Shown here: piece after piece, positions 9,639 to 20,637 of the stretch | How the letters are laid out: each line of letters starts with the position of its first letter | Position numbering within the stretch: position 1 is the first letter of the stretch | Assembly (NCBI GenBank): GCA_937935995.1 | Contig: CALGXF010000011.1 | Coordinates: 246 to 64,245 of the forward strand | Direction of reading: 5' to 3' | From: an uncultured Alphaproteobacteria bacterium | GTDB lineage: Bacteria > Pseudomonadota > Alphaproteobacteria > CAAHEQ01 > UBA3637 | Length of the DNA: 64,000 nt | The notes under the pieces: model-generated | Told to the model about the DNA's origin: nothing | Databases searched by the model: none | Seen by the model: only the letters and a program-made list of their open reading frames with translations | Position numbers and translations under genes: made by a program

Positions 9639-11023
9639 TTTATTTTAAAGACAAAACGATTCATTTTATCGGAATTGGCGGCATCGGCATGAGCGCGATT
9701 GCCGAATCGTTGCACTATATGGGCATCCGGGTTCAAGGATCGAATAACATTGAAAATGCCAACTGTGACCGACTGCGGCAAAAAGGAATTCCCGTTTTCA
9801 TCGGACATACGGATTTTTCGCATTTGGATAAAGTCGACGCAGCCATCATTTCTTCGGCCATTCAACCGGACAATCCGGAATTGACGGAAGTCCGCCGTCG
9901 GGGTATTCCAGTTGGTCATCGGGCTGAAATGCTGGCCGAACTGTTGCGGTACAAAAAAGGCATTGCCGTCAGCGGAACGCACGGCAAAACAACAACAACC
10001 GCAATGATTTCGGAAATGTTGAAAATGGCCGGCTTGGATCCGAGTTTCATTATCGGCGGCATTGTTAACTCTCAAGCCAGTAATGCACGACAAGGTAAAA
10101 GCGAATGGATGGTTGTTGAAGCCGATGAATCGGACGGCAGCTTTTTAAAACTGCCGAAAACCGTTTCCGTTGTCACAAATATCGATCCGGAACACATGGA
10201 TTATTACGGTTCTTTTGACAATATGAAAAATGCTTATCAATTTTTTATGGAAACAACGGCTTTTTACGGATTTGTCTGTGCCTGTTCCGATCATCCGGTT
10301 GTCAAAGAAATTGTTTCCAAAATTAAAACGCGGCGTGTTTTAACATATGGGTTTCAAGAAAATGCACGGTTGCAGGCCATTCATGTTCGCGTGATGCCGG
10401 GTCAGCTTTTATTTGATGTCCGATTGGGTGACACCGTTTATGACGGGTTTGAGCTTAACATGTTCGGCCGGCATAATATTTTGAATGCGCTGGCGGCCTT
10501 GACCATCGGATTAGAATTAAATATTTCGATTGACGTGATGCGCCGGGCATTAGCCGAATTCGGCGGCGTTCAACGCCGTTTTACCAAAACGGGATGCAGT
10601 CACGGCATTACGGTTTATGATGATTATGCACATCATCCGGTTGAAATCGAAGCGGTATTAAAAGCGGCCAAAGAAGCAACACCCGGCCACAAAGTCGTTG
10701 CTTTGTTTCAACCACATCGGTATTCGCGGGCATTGGACTTGGCGGATGAATTCGCCACTTGTTTTAAGGACGCTGATACGGTCATCGTGGCAGATATTTA
10801 TGCGGCCGGAGAAAAACCTCTGCCGACAATCAGCAAAGATATCTTGGTTCAAAAAATCAAAGCCGCCGGTCATCCGTCGGTTTATGCTTTGGATTCTTGT
10901 CAAACGCTGCCGTCTTTTGTATTGGATCATGTTTCAAACGGCGATGTTGTTATCGGACTCGGGGCCGGAGACATTTCAAAATGGATGCATGACCTGCCCC
11001 GCCAACTGGATAAAATGGAGTAA
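9635..11023 (+). CDS. murC: UDP-N-acetylmuramate--L-alanine ligase MurC
   Basis: 462 aa. Mur ligase P-loop GTHGKTTTT and the N-terminal Rossmann motif FIGIGGIGMSA. Confidence 0.9.
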   Translation: MIYFKDKTIHFIGIGGIGMSAIAESLHYMGIRVQGSNNIENANCDRLRQKGIPVFIGHTDFSHLDKVDAAIISSAIQPDNPELTEVRRRGIPVGHRAEMLAELLRYKKGIAVSGTHGKTTTTAMISEMLKMAGLDPSFIIGGIVNSQASNARQGKSEWMVVEADESDGSFLKLPKTVSVVTNIDPEHMDYYGSFDNMKNAYQFFMETTAFYGFVCACSDHPVVKEIVSKIKTRRVLTYGFQENARLQAIHVRVMPGQLLFDVRLGDTVYDGFELNMFGRHNILNALAALTIGLELNISIDVMRRALAEFGGVQRRFTKTGCSHGITVYDDYAHHPVEIEAVLKAAKEATPGHKVVALFQPHRYSRALDLADEFATCFKDADTVIVADIYAAGEKPLPTISKDILVQKIKAAGHPSVYALDSCQTLPSFVLDHVSNGDVVIGLGAGDISKWMHDLPRQLDKME

Positions 11024-11025
11024 CG

Positions 11026-11964
11026 ATGTTTGAGGCTTTAAAGAAAAAATGGATGCGCCGAACGGTCGCAATGCAAATGCCCAAAACGAAGGCGGAAATC
11101 CGCCGGAATGTTATTTTGGCAAAAAAAACATGGCTCGGTGTCGGCGGCCCGGCCGAATTTTATTTCGAACCGGCCGATGAAAAAGATTTGGCTCGATTTA
11201 TTAAAAATAAACCGGCAATGCCGATGACAGTTTTGGGCGGCGGTTCCAATGTATTGATTCGCGAAAACGGTATCCCGGGTATTGTCATTCATTTGGGTAA
11301 AAGCTTTACAAATTACACCATTAAAGAAGACATTATTTCATGTGATGCCGGTCTATTGACGATTGATTTATCCAAGATTGCCCAAAAAAACGGCTTATCC
11401 GGATTTGAATTTTTATCCGGCATTCCGGGTTCCGTCGGCGGTGCTTTACGGATGAACGCCGGCGCTTACGGATCCGAAATCAAAGATATTTTGGTTTCCA
11501 TTCGGGCAGTAGACGGAAACGGAACAATCCATGAATTTGAACCACAATCGGATTTTTTCAAATACAGAAAAAATGCTCTGCCCGAAGACTGGATTTTTAC
11601 GGGGGCTTCTTTCCGCGGCATCAAAAAAAATCCGCAGGAAATTTTACAAACCATGCTGGATTTCAAGAAAAAACGCGAAACCAGCCAACCTATCGGCGTT
11701 AAAACCTGCGGCTCGACATTTAAAAACCCGGACGGATTAAAAGCGTGGAAGTTGATTGAAAAAGCCGGTTGTCGCGGTTTAAAAAAAGGCGATGCTCAAA
11801 TGTCGGACAAACATTGCAACTTTTTGGTCAATACCGGCAAAGCAACGGCCAAAGAATTAGAAGACTTGGGAGAGGAAGTCCGTCAAAAAGTATTCAAAAA
11901 ATGTGGCGTTCTGTTGGATTGGGAAGTGAAGCGGCTCGGCATAAAGGAGGAGATTGACGAATGA
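11026..11964 (+). CDS. murB: UDP-N-acetylenolpyruvoylglucosamine reductase MurB
   Basis: 312 aa FAD-binding (PCMH) fold with GGGSN. murB between murC and ddl is the alphaproteobacterial arrangement. Confidence 0.85.
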   Translation: MFEALKKKWMRRTVAMQMPKTKAEIRRNVILAKKTWLGVGGPAEFYFEPADEKDLARFIKNKPAMPMTVLGGGSNVLIRENGIPGIVIHLGKSFTNYTIKEDIISCDAGLLTIDLSKIAQKNGLSGFEFLSGIPGSVGGALRMNAGAYGSEIKDILVSIRAVDGNGTIHEFEPQSDFFKYRKNALPEDWIFTGASFRGIKKNPQEILQTMLDFKKKRETSQPIGVKTCGSTFKNPDGLKAWKLIEKAGCRGLKKGDAQMSDKHCNFLVNTGKATAKELEDLGEEVRQKVFKKCGVLLDWEVKRLGIKEEIDE

Positions 11965-12881
11965 AAAAAGTAGCGGTTGTCGTCGGCGGAACATCTTCGG
12001 AAAGAGAAATTTCATTGCTTTCCGGACAAGGCGTTTTTAACGCGCTGAAAGCCAAAGGATACCCGGTTGTTTTGATAGACTTAAAAGAAGACTTGGTTGC
12101 TTTTATTCGCGAACTGAAGTCCCAAAATCCGGATGTTATTTTTAATGCTTTGCACGGCCGGTTCGGAGAAGACGGTAACATTCAAGGTGTTTTTAATCTC
12201 ATGCGCATTCCGTACACGCATTCGGGATGTCTGGCTTCGGCGTTGGCAATGGATAAAAAAATGACCAAACGTCTTTTAAAAGACGCCGGTATTCCGATGG
12301 CGGCCGATAAAATGGTAACGCTTGAAGATATCCGCAAAGGAGATACGTTGCCTTTCCCGTATGTGATTAAACCCAACAACGAAGGCTCTTCCGTCGGCGT
12401 TTCAATTATCGAAAGCCAAACGGATGAAGATTATTTAATAAACAGTTGGCCTTTTGGGGAAGCCCCTGTTTTAATGGAAGAATACATTAAAGGGCGGGAA
12501 ATGAGTGTCCCCGTATTGGGCAACCAAGCCATCGGTATTGTTGAAATTGCGCCGAAAACGGGATTTTACACATACGAGAACAAATACACGGAAGGGAAAA
12601 CGGATCACATCATTCCGGCACCGTTACCGGCCGAACAGACTCAAATTTTAAAAGCGTATGCACTCAAAGCACATCAAATTTTGGGGTGCCGCGGTGTCTC
12701 CCGGTCTGATTTCAGATATGATGACACAGATCCGGAACATCCGAAAATCGCTTTTTTAGAGATAAATACGCAACCCGGCATGACACCATTGTCTTTATTG
12801 CCGGAAGTTGCGAAAAAGGCTGGTATTTCTTATGAAGATGTCGTATCTTATTTGGTAGAGGATGCTGCATGCGAAGAATAA
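11961..12881 (+). CDS. ddl: D-alanine--D-alanine ligase
   Basis: 306 aa ATP-grasp. N-terminal KVAVVVGGTSSEREISL and EGSSVG motifs. Confidence 0.9.
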   Translation: MKKVAVVVGGTSSEREISLLSGQGVFNALKAKGYPVVLIDLKEDLVAFIRELKSQNPDVIFNALHGRFGEDGNIQGVFNLMRIPYTHSGCLASALAMDKKMTKRLLKDAGIPMAADKMVTLEDIRKGDTLPFPYVIKPNNEGSSVGVSIIESQTDEDYLINSWPFGEAPVLMEEYIKGREMSVPVLGNQAIGIVEIAPKTGFYTYENKYTEGKTDHIIPAPLPAEQTQILKAYALKAHQILGCRGVSRSDFRYDDTDPEHPKIAFLEINTQPGMTPLSLLPEVAKKAGISYEDVVSYLVEDAACEE

Positions 12882-13729
12882 AAAAAACGAAAAAGAAATC
12901 AGGGATGACTGTCCGCAATACACTGCACCGGATTATCCGGCTGGTTTACCTTTTTGTTTTTCTGATTCTCGCTGCTTTACTGATTTACGGCTTTCATTCC
13001 GGATTTTTTCAACAGAAAAAAGAATCCTTTGAAAACGGCTTTCATGAAACAATGCAAAACGCCGGCTTTGCCGTAACAGACATTTTCATTGACGGCCGCG
13101 TACGCACGCCTTTATCTGACATCAAAAAAGCATTACATGTTCGGCAAGGCATGCCGATGACACAAGTCGATATGCAGGAAATTTTCGATAATCTGTCTCG
13201 GTTGCCATGGGTTAAACATGTCCAAATTCACCGCCAATTACCGAATTTGTTATATGTCCGGCTTATGGAAAAAAATCCGATTGCTTTGTGGCAAAAAGAC
13301 GGCAAACATCATCCGATTGACGAAGACGGCCGCGTGATTAATACATCGGCGGACGGATTGGAATATTTGGTCATTACGGTCGGAGACGATGCTCCGGAAC
13401 ATGCGCCCGAATTAATGAACGAAATTGCCAAGTATAAAGAACTGGCGCGACGCACCATGTCTGCCGTTCGAATTGGCGGCCGGCGATGGAATTTGATTTT
13501 AGACCATGTGACAAACGGTTTAATCATCGAGTTGCCCGAAGAAAATATCAGTGAAGCGCTTAAACGGCTGGACAGACTGGATGAAAAACATCATTTACTC
13601 AATCGCCAATTGTCTTTGATTGATTTAAGATTACCGGATCGGTTAATTGTTCAAACAATAGACAACAAACCGATTGAGTCGTTTAAACCCAAAAACCTGT
13701 TGCAAAAAGAGACCGAACAAGATGTCTGA
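12869..13729 (+). CDS. ftsQ: Cell division protein FtsQ
   Basis: 286 aa bitopic protein with a TM segment followed by a POTRA-like region. Conserved position before ftsA. Confidence 0.75.
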   Translation: MRRIKKTKKKSGMTVRNTLHRIIRLVYLFVFLILAALLIYGFHSGFFQQKKESFENGFHETMQNAGFAVTDIFIDGRVRTPLSDIKKALHVRQGMPMTQVDMQEIFDNLSRLPWVKHVQIHRQLPNLLYVRLMEKNPIALWQKDGKHHPIDEDGRVINTSADGLEYLVITVGDDAPEHAPELMNEIAKYKELARRTMSAVRIGGRRWNLILDHVTNGLIIELPEENISEALKRLDRLDEKHHLLNRQLSLIDLRLPDRLIVQTIDNKPIESFKPKNLLQKETEQDV

Positions 13730-14975
13730 TCCTATCATTAAAAACGGTTATTTAACGGCGCTAGACATCGGATCGACCAAAATCTGCTGTTTAATTGCGC
13801 GCATTTTATCAGACGGCTCTTTGCACATTGTCGGAGACGGATATGCGCAAGCCAAAGGCATCAAAAACGGTGTTATCACACACCTTGCGGATGCGGCGGC
13901 TTCCATTCAAGACGCAATCATGATGGCCGAAGAAAAAGCCGAACGGCGCGTCGAATCGGTTATTGTTAATATTTCTTCGACGGCTTTGAAATCCAGCTAT
14001 GTGGAAGCATCCATTGAATTGCCTGACAACCGTCCCGTTTCTTCCGGAGACGTTAAAAAATTAATTGACCAAGCGTTGCACAAAATTGACTTGACCGACC
14101 ATGAAGTCATTCATCAATTACCGATTTCTTACACCCTTGACGGTGAAGAAAATATTCAAGAACCGACGAATTTATATGGCCATCATTTAAGCGTTGTTTT
14201 GCATGTGATTTCGGTTCCGTTGACTCAATTGCGTAATTTAGTGATGGCTTTGGAAAGATGCCATGTATCGATTGCCGCCAAAGTGGCAACACCGTATGCT
14301 TCCGGTCTTTCCGTTTTATCGGATGAGGAAAAAGAAGTCGGCAGCACCGTTATTGACATCGGGGGTGGATTAACGTCCATCGGTATTTTCACGGAAGGAT
14401 TTATCCGGTACACGGCGATGTTGCCATTGGGGGCGCACCTTATTACCAAAGACATTGCTCAAATTTTAAAAACGCCGATACCGGATGCAGAGCGCATTAA
14501 AACGTTGTACGGCTGTGCTTTTTTATCGCCGCAAGATAAAAAGGAAACCATCAATATTCCGCTGATTGGCGAAAAGGATGATGGCGCTTTGCTCCAAATT
14601 TCACGGGCTGATTTAATTTCAATCATGATTCCCCGAATCGAAGAAATGTTGGAACTGACCGGTTCTTACCTGACAGCACAAGACGGATGCGATTTTGCGA
14701 CCCGCCGAGTCGTTTTAACCGGCGGTGCCAGTTTATTACAAGGGCTGCGCGAAAAAACAAACGCCTTGTTAGAAGCCCAAGTACGGCTCGGCAAACCGTT
14801 TGCAATCAACGGCTTGCCCGACACACCGCCGGGAGCCAGCTTCGCAACCTGCACGGGACTCTTGCGTTATGCGATAAATCGGCGTATACAGACTAATGAT
14901 AAAGAAAAAACAACAACCCCGACTTCAAACGGATTTTTAAGAAGGATGATAAGATGGCTGATGCAGAATTTCTAA
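13722..14975 (+). CDS. ftsA: Cell division protein FtsA
   Basis: Actin-fold ATPase with the [10 protein letters not shown] phosphate-1 motif. I placed the start at the ATG overlapping the ftsQ stop ([11 protein letters not shown]). The ORF-track start at 13674 lies inside ftsQ. Confidence 0.85.
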   Translation: MSDPIIKNGYLTALDIGSTKICCLIARILSDGSLHIVGDGYAQAKGIKNGVITHLADAAASIQDAIMMAEEKAERRVESVIVNISSTALKSSYVEASIELPDNRPVSSGDVKKLIDQALHKIDLTDHEVIHQLPISYTLDGEENIQEPTNLYGHHLSVVLHVISVPLTQLRNLVMALERCHVSIAAKVATPYASGLSVLSDEEKEVGSTVIDIGGGLTSIGIFTEGFIRYTAMLPLGAHLITKDIAQILKTPIPDAERIKTLYGCAFLSPQDKKETINIPLIGEKDDGALLQISRADLISIMIPRIEEMLELTGSYLTAQDGCDFATRRVVLTGGASLLQGLREKTNALLEAQVRLGKPFAINGLPDTPPGASFATCTGLLRYAINRRIQTNDKEKTTTPTSNGFLRRMIRWLMQNF

Positions 14976-16486
14976 ACAAAGACACCGAAACAAATCTTTC
15001 CATCGGGCTGCCGGAACAAATGCCCGAAATTCTGTTAACACCCAACATCGGCGTCATCGGTGTCGGTGGAGCCGGCGGAAACGCTGTTAATAATATGATT
15101 GAATCTCATTTGGTCGGGGCTTCATTCATCGTTGCGAACACGGATGCTCAAGTGATGTCTAAATCTTTGACACATGAGCGCATTCAGTTGGGTTCTGTTT
15201 TAACGCAAGGATTAGGCGCCGGATCCAATCCGGAAATCGGGAAACAGGCGGCGGAAGAAAGCCACGATAAAATCAAAGAATCTTTAAAAGATTTGCATAT
15301 GCTCTTTATTGCGGCCGGCATGGGCGGCGGAACGGGAACCGGGGCGTCTCCGGTTATTGCCAGAATCGCCAAAGAAATGGGTATTTTGACTGTCGGCGTG
15401 GTTACAAAGCCGTTTCGATTGGAAGGCTCCAAACGCATGCGTGTTGCCGAAGCCGGCATCGAAGAATTGGCAAAATATGTTGACACGTTGATTATTATTC
15501 CCAATCAAAACTTGTTCAGAATTGCAAAAGAAAACACATCTTTTGTCGATGCATTTAAAATGGCTGATGACATTTTGTATCAAGGCGTACGCAGCATCAC
15601 CGATTTAATGATGACACCGATGTTGGTTAACTTGGACTTTGCCGACTTGAAAACTGTCATTTGCGAAATGGGTAAAGCGATGATGGGTTCCGGAGAAGCC
15701 GAAGGTGAAAACCGGGCATTAATTGCTGCGGAAAAAGCCATTTCAAATCCTTTGTTGGATGTGTCAATGAAAGGGGCAAAAGGTATTCTTATCAACATCT
15801 CCGGCGGTAGCGATTTGTCATTGATGGAAGTGGATGAAGCGGCTGAACGGATTCGCGAAGAAGTCGATGAAGATGCAAATATTATTTTCGGTGCCAGCTG
15901 TGATGAAACGTTGGCCGGTAAAATCCGAGTATCGGTTGTTGCCACCGGTTTATCCAGCGAAAACGAACAAAAACAAACTCAAGCGGCTTCTGTTTTAACG
16001 ATGGCGCCGGCTGAACCGATTGTGGTCACACCGCCGCAACCGATTGAACCCGCAGACGTTCCGACAGAATCATCTCCCGCGCCGGCAGAATCGGATATCG
16101 TTTTATCGCATATTTCATTAGAAACACCCATGCACGATATGCCGGTTTTGAATATCAATGAAGATGCGGAAACATTTATTCCCGAACCGGCAGCCGAAAT
16201 TGAAAAGCCTTTGGAAGAAGAGGAATTAGAAGAAGAAAATGACTTCATTCCCGAACCGGTCTCGTTGGTTTCGGAAAAAGAAGAACCGCAGCCCAAAAAA
16301 CGAAAATCTTTTTTAGGCGACGGCTTTTTACCCGGCATTTTCGGCGACAGATCTTCCTTTGAAACAACGGAAAAAGTGCGCCTGAAAAAAGAAAGCATCA
16401 AAACTCTTTTACCGGAAAAGGAATTGCCCCAAATCAACGAAGAAGATTTGGAAATCCCGTCTTTCCTGCGTCGCAAGAGCGAATAA
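14954..16486 (+). CDS. ftsZ: Cell division GTPase FtsZ with long acidic/proline-rich C-terminal linker
   Basis: Tubulin signature GGGTGTGA. N-terminal [18 protein letters not shown] ~150-aa disordered linker rich in E, P and S is followed by the conserved C-terminal peptide [10 protein letters not shown]. Confidence 0.95.
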   Translation: MADAEFLNKDTETNLSIGLPEQMPEILLTPNIGVIGVGGAGGNAVNNMIESHLVGASFIVANTDAQVMSKSLTHERIQLGSVLTQGLGAGSNPEIGKQAAEESHDKIKESLKDLHMLFIAAGMGGGTGTGASPVIARIAKEMGILTVGVVTKPFRLEGSKRMRVAEAGIEELAKYVDTLIIIPNQNLFRIAKENTSFVDAFKMADDILYQGVRSITDLMMTPMLVNLDFADLKTVICEMGKAMMGSGEAEGENRALIAAEKAISNPLLDVSMKGAKGILINISGGSDLSLMEVDEAAERIREEVDEDANIIFGASCDETLAGKIRVSVVATGLSSENEQKQTQAASVLTMAPAEPIVVTPPQPIEPADVPTESSPAPAESDIVLSHISLETPMHDMPVLNINEDAETFIPEPAAEIEKPLEEEELEEENDFIPEPVSLVSEKEEPQPKKRKSFLGDGFLPGIFGDRSSFETTEKVRLKKESIKTLLPEKELPQINEEDLEIPSFLRRKSE

Positions 16487-17730
16487 TGGCGGATTTGGTT
16501 CGTCAAACGGCACTTACCCTTTTAAAACAGGTTCTGCGTAAGAATCAAACGATTGATGATGCATTTGAAGCGGCTTTAAAACATGTTTCGCTGGAAAAGC
16601 GAGATAAAGCTTTTTTACGCCAGCTGACAACCACAACCGTGCGCCGTATCGGTCAAATTGATGCCCTTCTTCAAAAAGCTTTATCCAAACCCTTGCCCGT
16701 GCGCGGACAGACGGCAATGGATATTTTACGGCTTGGAACGGCACAACTGATGTTTTTAAACACACCGCCGCATGCGGCTATCAATACATCGGTTGATTTG
16801 GCTAAAGCCGTCGGACAAGATTTTTATGCCGGCCTGATTAACGGTGTTTTAAGAACACTGACCCGCGCCGGAAAACATTGGTTTTCTCAACAAGACGCTG
16901 CCCGATTAAACACACCGGATTGGCTATGGCAAGCTTGGTGCGCTGCTTATGGTGAAGACAAAACACGCGCCATTGCTTTGGCTCATTTATCGGAACCGAC
17001 CTTTGACATTACCGTTAAAAGTCATCCCGAAAAATGGGCGCAAGAACTGGGCGGATTCGTCACGCCGACGGGATCGGTTCGCGTTCAATCACTGTATCAA
17101 CCGCAAACGATGCCGGGTTTTGCCGACGGTTGTTGGTGGGTTCAAGATTCTGCTGCTTCTTTGGCTGTCCAAATGTTTGATGATTTAACGGCAAAGAAAA
17201 CTGCCGATTTTTGTGCGGCACCGGGTGGAAAAACAGCTCAATTAATCACGCGAGGTGCCATTGTCGATGCGTTTGATATTTCCAAAAACAGAATGAAACG
17301 TGTCGAAGAAAACCTAAAAAGGCTTCATATGTCGGCGAACTTAATCATTGCCGATGCGGCTCAATATCCCGGGCAAACCCTTTATGATGCGATTTTAATT
17401 GACGCGCCCTGTTCGGCGACCGGTACCGTTCGTCGGCACCCGGAATTGTTATTGCACCGAACACCGCAAGATGTTCTTCATTTGACCCAAACACAGCATG
17501 CGTTGTTAAGAGCGGCTCATCGTTTGTTAAAGCCAAACGGTGAATTGGTTTACTGTACTTGCTCTTTGCAACCGGAAGAAGGCGAAGACCGTATTCAGGC
17601 GGTTTCTGATTTATTCGACATTTTGCCGATATCTTCGCCTTTTGCAACGCCGCAAGGATTTATCCGAACCTTCCCCGACCAAGACATGGACGGTTTTTTC
17701 GTTGCTCATTTACGCAAAAAGGAGGAATAA
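16486..17730 (+). CDS. rsmB: 16S rRNA m5C967 methyltransferase RsmB/Sun family
   Basis: 414 aa. NusB-like N domain plus a SAM-MTase core with FCAAPGGKTAQ and DAPCSATGT motifs. Confidence 0.8.
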   Translation: MADLVRQTALTLLKQVLRKNQTIDDAFEAALKHVSLEKRDKAFLRQLTTTTVRRIGQIDALLQKALSKPLPVRGQTAMDILRLGTAQLMFLNTPPHAAINTSVDLAKAVGQDFYAGLINGVLRTLTRAGKHWFSQQDAARLNTPDWLWQAWCAAYGEDKTRAIALAHLSEPTFDITVKSHPEKWAQELGGFVTPTGSVRVQSLYQPQTMPGFADGCWWVQDSAASLAVQMFDDLTAKKTADFCAAPGGKTAQLITRGAIVDAFDISKNRMKRVEENLKRLHMSANLIIADAAQYPGQTLYDAILIDAPCSATGTVRRHPELLLHRTPQDVLHLTQTQHALLRAAHRLLKPNGELVYCTCSLQPEEGEDRIQAVSDLFDILPISSPFATPQGFIRTFPDQDMDGFFVAHLRKKEE

Positions 17731-18308
17731 TGCCCTTAAACATTGCTTTTTTATTTTCCGGAGATGTCGACAGTCCGACAAATACGGTTTTGCTTGAAGC
17801 CATTCAACACATAAATCGGACACAATATGAACCGATTGTTCTTGTTAAAAATCCGGATGGCGTTTTTAGTCAAAAGCTGAAACAAAACCGAATTTCGTTC
17901 AAAGTTTACACCGGGACTTTGATTGATCCGACAACCGGCCGTTTTCGGGGCGCCATTCGAACATTTAAAGAATCTTTCGGTATTTTAGGAACACTCGGTT
18001 CTTTGAAAATCGATGCAGTTTTGTCGTGCGAAATGCGTTTTTTAATTCCGTGGGCTCCGGCTGCTTTTGTCGGCAAGAAACCCCTTTTCTGGATACAAGA
18101 ATCCCTGTGGGGAGATTACCCGATTGCAACCATGTGGTCAGGATACACACATTTATTTTTTCCGATTTCCGAACAAGTGATGGCCTCATTGCCGCCGGCT
18201 TTGCAAAAACGCGCGCGGCTCAAGCGTTTGCCGACACCGGAACAATTGAAACAAGACCCGTCTGCGGCAAAAAAGTATTTAGAATCGCTTTTTAAAGATT
18301 GCATTTAA
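17730..18308 (+). CDS. Hypothetical protein (weak resemblance to a glycosyltransferase N-terminal Rossmann half)
   Basis: 192-aa ORF in an operon-like position after rsmB. I recognised no definitive motifs. Confidence 0.4.
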   Translation: MPLNIAFLFSGDVDSPTNTVLLEAIQHINRTQYEPIVLVKNPDGVFSQKLKQNRISFKVYTGTLIDPTTGRFRGAIRTFKESFGILGTLGSLKIDAVLSCEMRFLIPWAPAAFVGKKPLFWIQESLWGDYPIATMWSGYTHLFFPISEQVMASLPPALQKRARLKRLPTPEQLKQDPSAAKKYLESLFKDCI

Positions 18309-18357
18309 CGGTTTTTCGTTGTACAAAGATAAAAGTTAGGAAAGATAAAGGAGTCCC

Positions 18358-18876
18358 GTGATGAAAAAAATTATTTCTTTATTAGCTGTTCTTTTAGTGT
18401 GCGCGTCTGGGGTACAGGCCGCTTCCAACAAAAAATTGGAAATTTTAGGCACGTTCGGCGACTGGACGGCCTACAGCGCGAATGAAAAAAGCGGCAAATT
18501 ATGTTATATGGCTTCGGTTCCGCAAAAATCGGAAGGTAAATATAAACGCCGCGGAGACGTCATTTTAATCGTTGCCCACCGGCCAAAAGAAAAATCTTAT
18601 GATGTGGTGAGCTTGACAACCGGATACACGTATAAAGCCGGCTCAACCGCAACGGTTCAAGTTGATAAACAAAAACCGATTGAACTGTTTACGCATGAAG
18701 ATACCGCTTGGGGGAATGATTCCAAAACGGATGCCAAAATCGTTCGCCAGATGAAAGCCGGAAATAAAGCCGTTTTCAAAGGTAAATCTTCTTTAGGCAC
18801 GTTAACAACCGATACATTCTCGTTGACCGGTTTTACAAAGGCTTATCGGGCCATGAGTAACGCTTGCGGCCGTTAA
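18358..18876 (+). CDS. Invasion-associated locus B (IalB) family secreted protein
   Basis: 172 aa. Signal peptide MMKKIISLLAVLLVCASGVQA. The size, composition and conserved Cys pair are typical of the IalB family found in Alphaproteobacteria. RBS aaggag. Confidence 0.6.
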   Translation: MMKKIISLLAVLLVCASGVQAASNKKLEILGTFGDWTAYSANEKSGKLCYMASVPQKSEGKYKRRGDVILIVAHRPKEKSYDVVSLTTGYTYKAGSTATVQVDKQKPIELFTHEDTAWGNDSKTDAKIVRQMKAGNKAVFKGKSSLGTLTTDTFSLTGFTKAYRAMSNACGR

Positions 18877-19956
18877 ATGATTGATTTAATCGGATTATCG
18901 CGGGAAGAGCTTCTTGCCGAAATGACGACTATGGGTGAAAAACCCTTCCGTGTTAAGCAAATTTGGCATTGGCTTTATAATAAAGGGGTAACGGACTTTT
19001 CCAAAATGTCGACTTTGGCAAAACCGTTGCAGGCGCGGTTGGCTGAAAAATATCTGATTTCCCGCCCTCAAGTGATAACGGAAAAAAATTCAACGGACGG
19101 AACCCGTAAATGGTTGTTACGCTTTGCGGACGGAAAAGAAGTTGAAACAGTTTACATCCCCGAAGAAGATCGCGGCGCCGTGTGTTTGTCGACCCAAGTC
19201 GGATGTCAAATGGGGTGTCGATTTTGCCACACGGGAACGCAAGGATTTCAACGTAATTTAACGGCGGGCGAAATTGTCGGTCAATTTTTGGCGGCACGAG
19301 ACAGTTACGGAGAATGGCCGACGCCCGTGGATGAAACACGGTATCTTTCGAATATTGTCGTCATGGGCATGGGCGAACCGCTCAACAATTATGATAATTT
19401 GGTGACCGCAATGCGTATTATCATGGATGGAGAAGGATTGGCCATCTCCAAACGCCGTATTACGGTATCGACATCCGGCATTGCCGACAAAATTCCGAAC
19501 TTGGCCAAAGATCTGGGGGTTCGGTTGGCTATCAGCCTGCATGCACCGAATGATACTATTCGTAATCAAATTATGCCGATTAACCGAAAATATCCGTTAG
19601 CCGTGTTGATAAATGCTTGCAAAGAATATCAACGGCTTTGCGAACACCGCCAATACATCACAATGGAATACGTGATGTTGAAAGGAATTAACGATTCGCC
19701 GGAAAACGCACGTGAATTGATTCAATTGGTTAAAGGATTGGAAGTCAAATTTAATCTCATCCCGTTCAATCCGTGGGATGGTTGTGCTTTTGAACCCTCT
19801 TCGAACAACACGATACATAAGTTTGCCAAAATCTTGGAAGATGCTTATTTTGCGGCGCCTATTCGTCAATCCAGAGGGCAAGACATTATGGCTGCCTGCG
19901 GGCAACTTAAATCTCTTTATCACCGCAAGCCAACGCCTTCGGATTCTCCTTCTTAA
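18877..19956 (+). CDS. rlmN: Dual-specificity 23S rRNA m2A2503 / tRNA m2A37 methyltransferase RlmN (radical SAM)
   Basis: Radical-SAM CxxxCxxC motif (CQMGCRFCHTG). The conserved C-terminal Cys and the GEPL motif are present. Confidence 0.9.
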   Translation: MIDLIGLSREELLAEMTTMGEKPFRVKQIWHWLYNKGVTDFSKMSTLAKPLQARLAEKYLISRPQVITEKNSTDGTRKWLLRFADGKEVETVYIPEEDRGAVCLSTQVGCQMGCRFCHTGTQGFQRNLTAGEIVGQFLAARDSYGEWPTPVDETRYLSNIVVMGMGEPLNNYDNLVTAMRIIMDGEGLAISKRRITVSTSGIADKIPNLAKDLGVRLAISLHAPNDTIRNQIMPINRKYPLAVLINACKEYQRLCEHRQYITMEYVMLKGINDSPENARELIQLVKGLEVKFNLIPFNPWDGCAFEPSSNNTIHKFAKILEDAYFAAPIRQSRGQDIMAACGQLKSLYHRKPTPSDSPS

Positions 19957-20023
19957 TCGTCCACATCTTCCACCGAAATCAACCTATTTGTATTGATTGA
20001 CGTCGATAAAAGCCATATAAAAA

Positions 20024-20052
20024 CGCCCTTTCGTTGGAAAGGGCGCTTTCTT
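20024..20052. terminator. Bidirectional rho-independent terminator between rlmN (+) and the pilin gene (-)
   Basis: Inverted repeat cgcccttt / aaagggcg with a 6-nt loop, flanked by T-rich (plus strand) and A-rich tracts. Confidence 0.6.
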
Positions 20053-20070
20053 ATGTATGCGTTTCAATGA

Positions 20071-20472
20071 TTATGAAGCATATGTGTTGAATGTAATCAC
20101 ACCGTTTTCAATTGTAACTGTACCACCGGAACGATTGTCCATCGCTTCCAAAACTTTGTCAGAAGCGCCAGTAACTGTTACGACCGGTTGATCGACTTCC
20201 GTTGCAGCAGATGTAATGCTGATGCCTGTTGCACCGCCCGGAATGGTTTCACCATCCAAAATGGCTTTACAGTCACCTGTTTCCATTTGGGAACCATCAC
20301 CGTTTGTTTGAGCAACAACAACGCAACGGGATGCATAGTCCAAAATCGTGTTGGCCCGATGGCGGTTCATCGCCATTGTGTAACCGGCCAGACCACCGAT
20401 GGACAACACACCGATAATCGCCAAAACACCCAACATTTCAATCATTGAACGACCAGCTTCAGTTTTTTTCAT
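20071..20472 (-). CDS. Type IV pilin-like protein (candidate major pilin; class III prepilin leader)
   Basis: 133 aa. Leader MKKTEAG, then a predicted cleavage site, then RSMIEMLGVLAIIGVLSIGGLAGY. Glu sits at +5 after the Gly, with a hydrophobic alpha1 helix. The C-terminal half carries a Cys pair (D-region like). Confidence 0.75.
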   Translation of the reverse strand: MKKTEAGRSMIEMLGVLAIIGVLSIGGLAGYTMAMNRHRANTILDYASRCVVVAQTNGDGSQMETGDCKAILDGETIPGGATGISITSAATEVDQPVVTVTGASDKVLEAMDNRSGGTVTIENGVITFNTYAS

Positions 20473-20520
20473 GTTTTTTATCCTTTTCCTAGTTAAAACT
20501 CGGTTTAATACCCATCTTCA

Positions 20521-20549
20521 ATTATAGCATTCCTATAACTGAAAATCAA
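20521..20549 (-). promoter_or_regulatory. Near-consensus sigma70 promoter for the small pilin gene
   Basis: On the minus strand: TTGATT, a 17-nt spacer, then TATAAT, about 50 nt upstream of the pilin ATG. RBS aggaaaagga. Confidence 0.6.
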
Positions 20550-20637
20550 GAAAATCACAACCGTTTACACGATTTTCATTTCTTGAATACAAAAATACGC
20601 CCGGCTTCCTTAATAAAGAGTAAAAAAGCCGGAAAAA

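Noticed and set aside
9416-10093. 225-aa minus-strand ORF inside murC. Similar long antisense ORFs sit inside ftsZ (15979-16506), pepA (49185-49733), prfB (53707-54291) and rpsP/rimM (62584-63210)
   Set aside because: All are fully embedded antisense to well-supported conserved genes. I judged them to be shadow ORFs with no motifs.
20560-20637. Possible terminator downstream of atpC (ccggctt ... aagccgg)
   Set aside because: The stem is short and the loop is about 18 nt, so it is too weak to call confidently.
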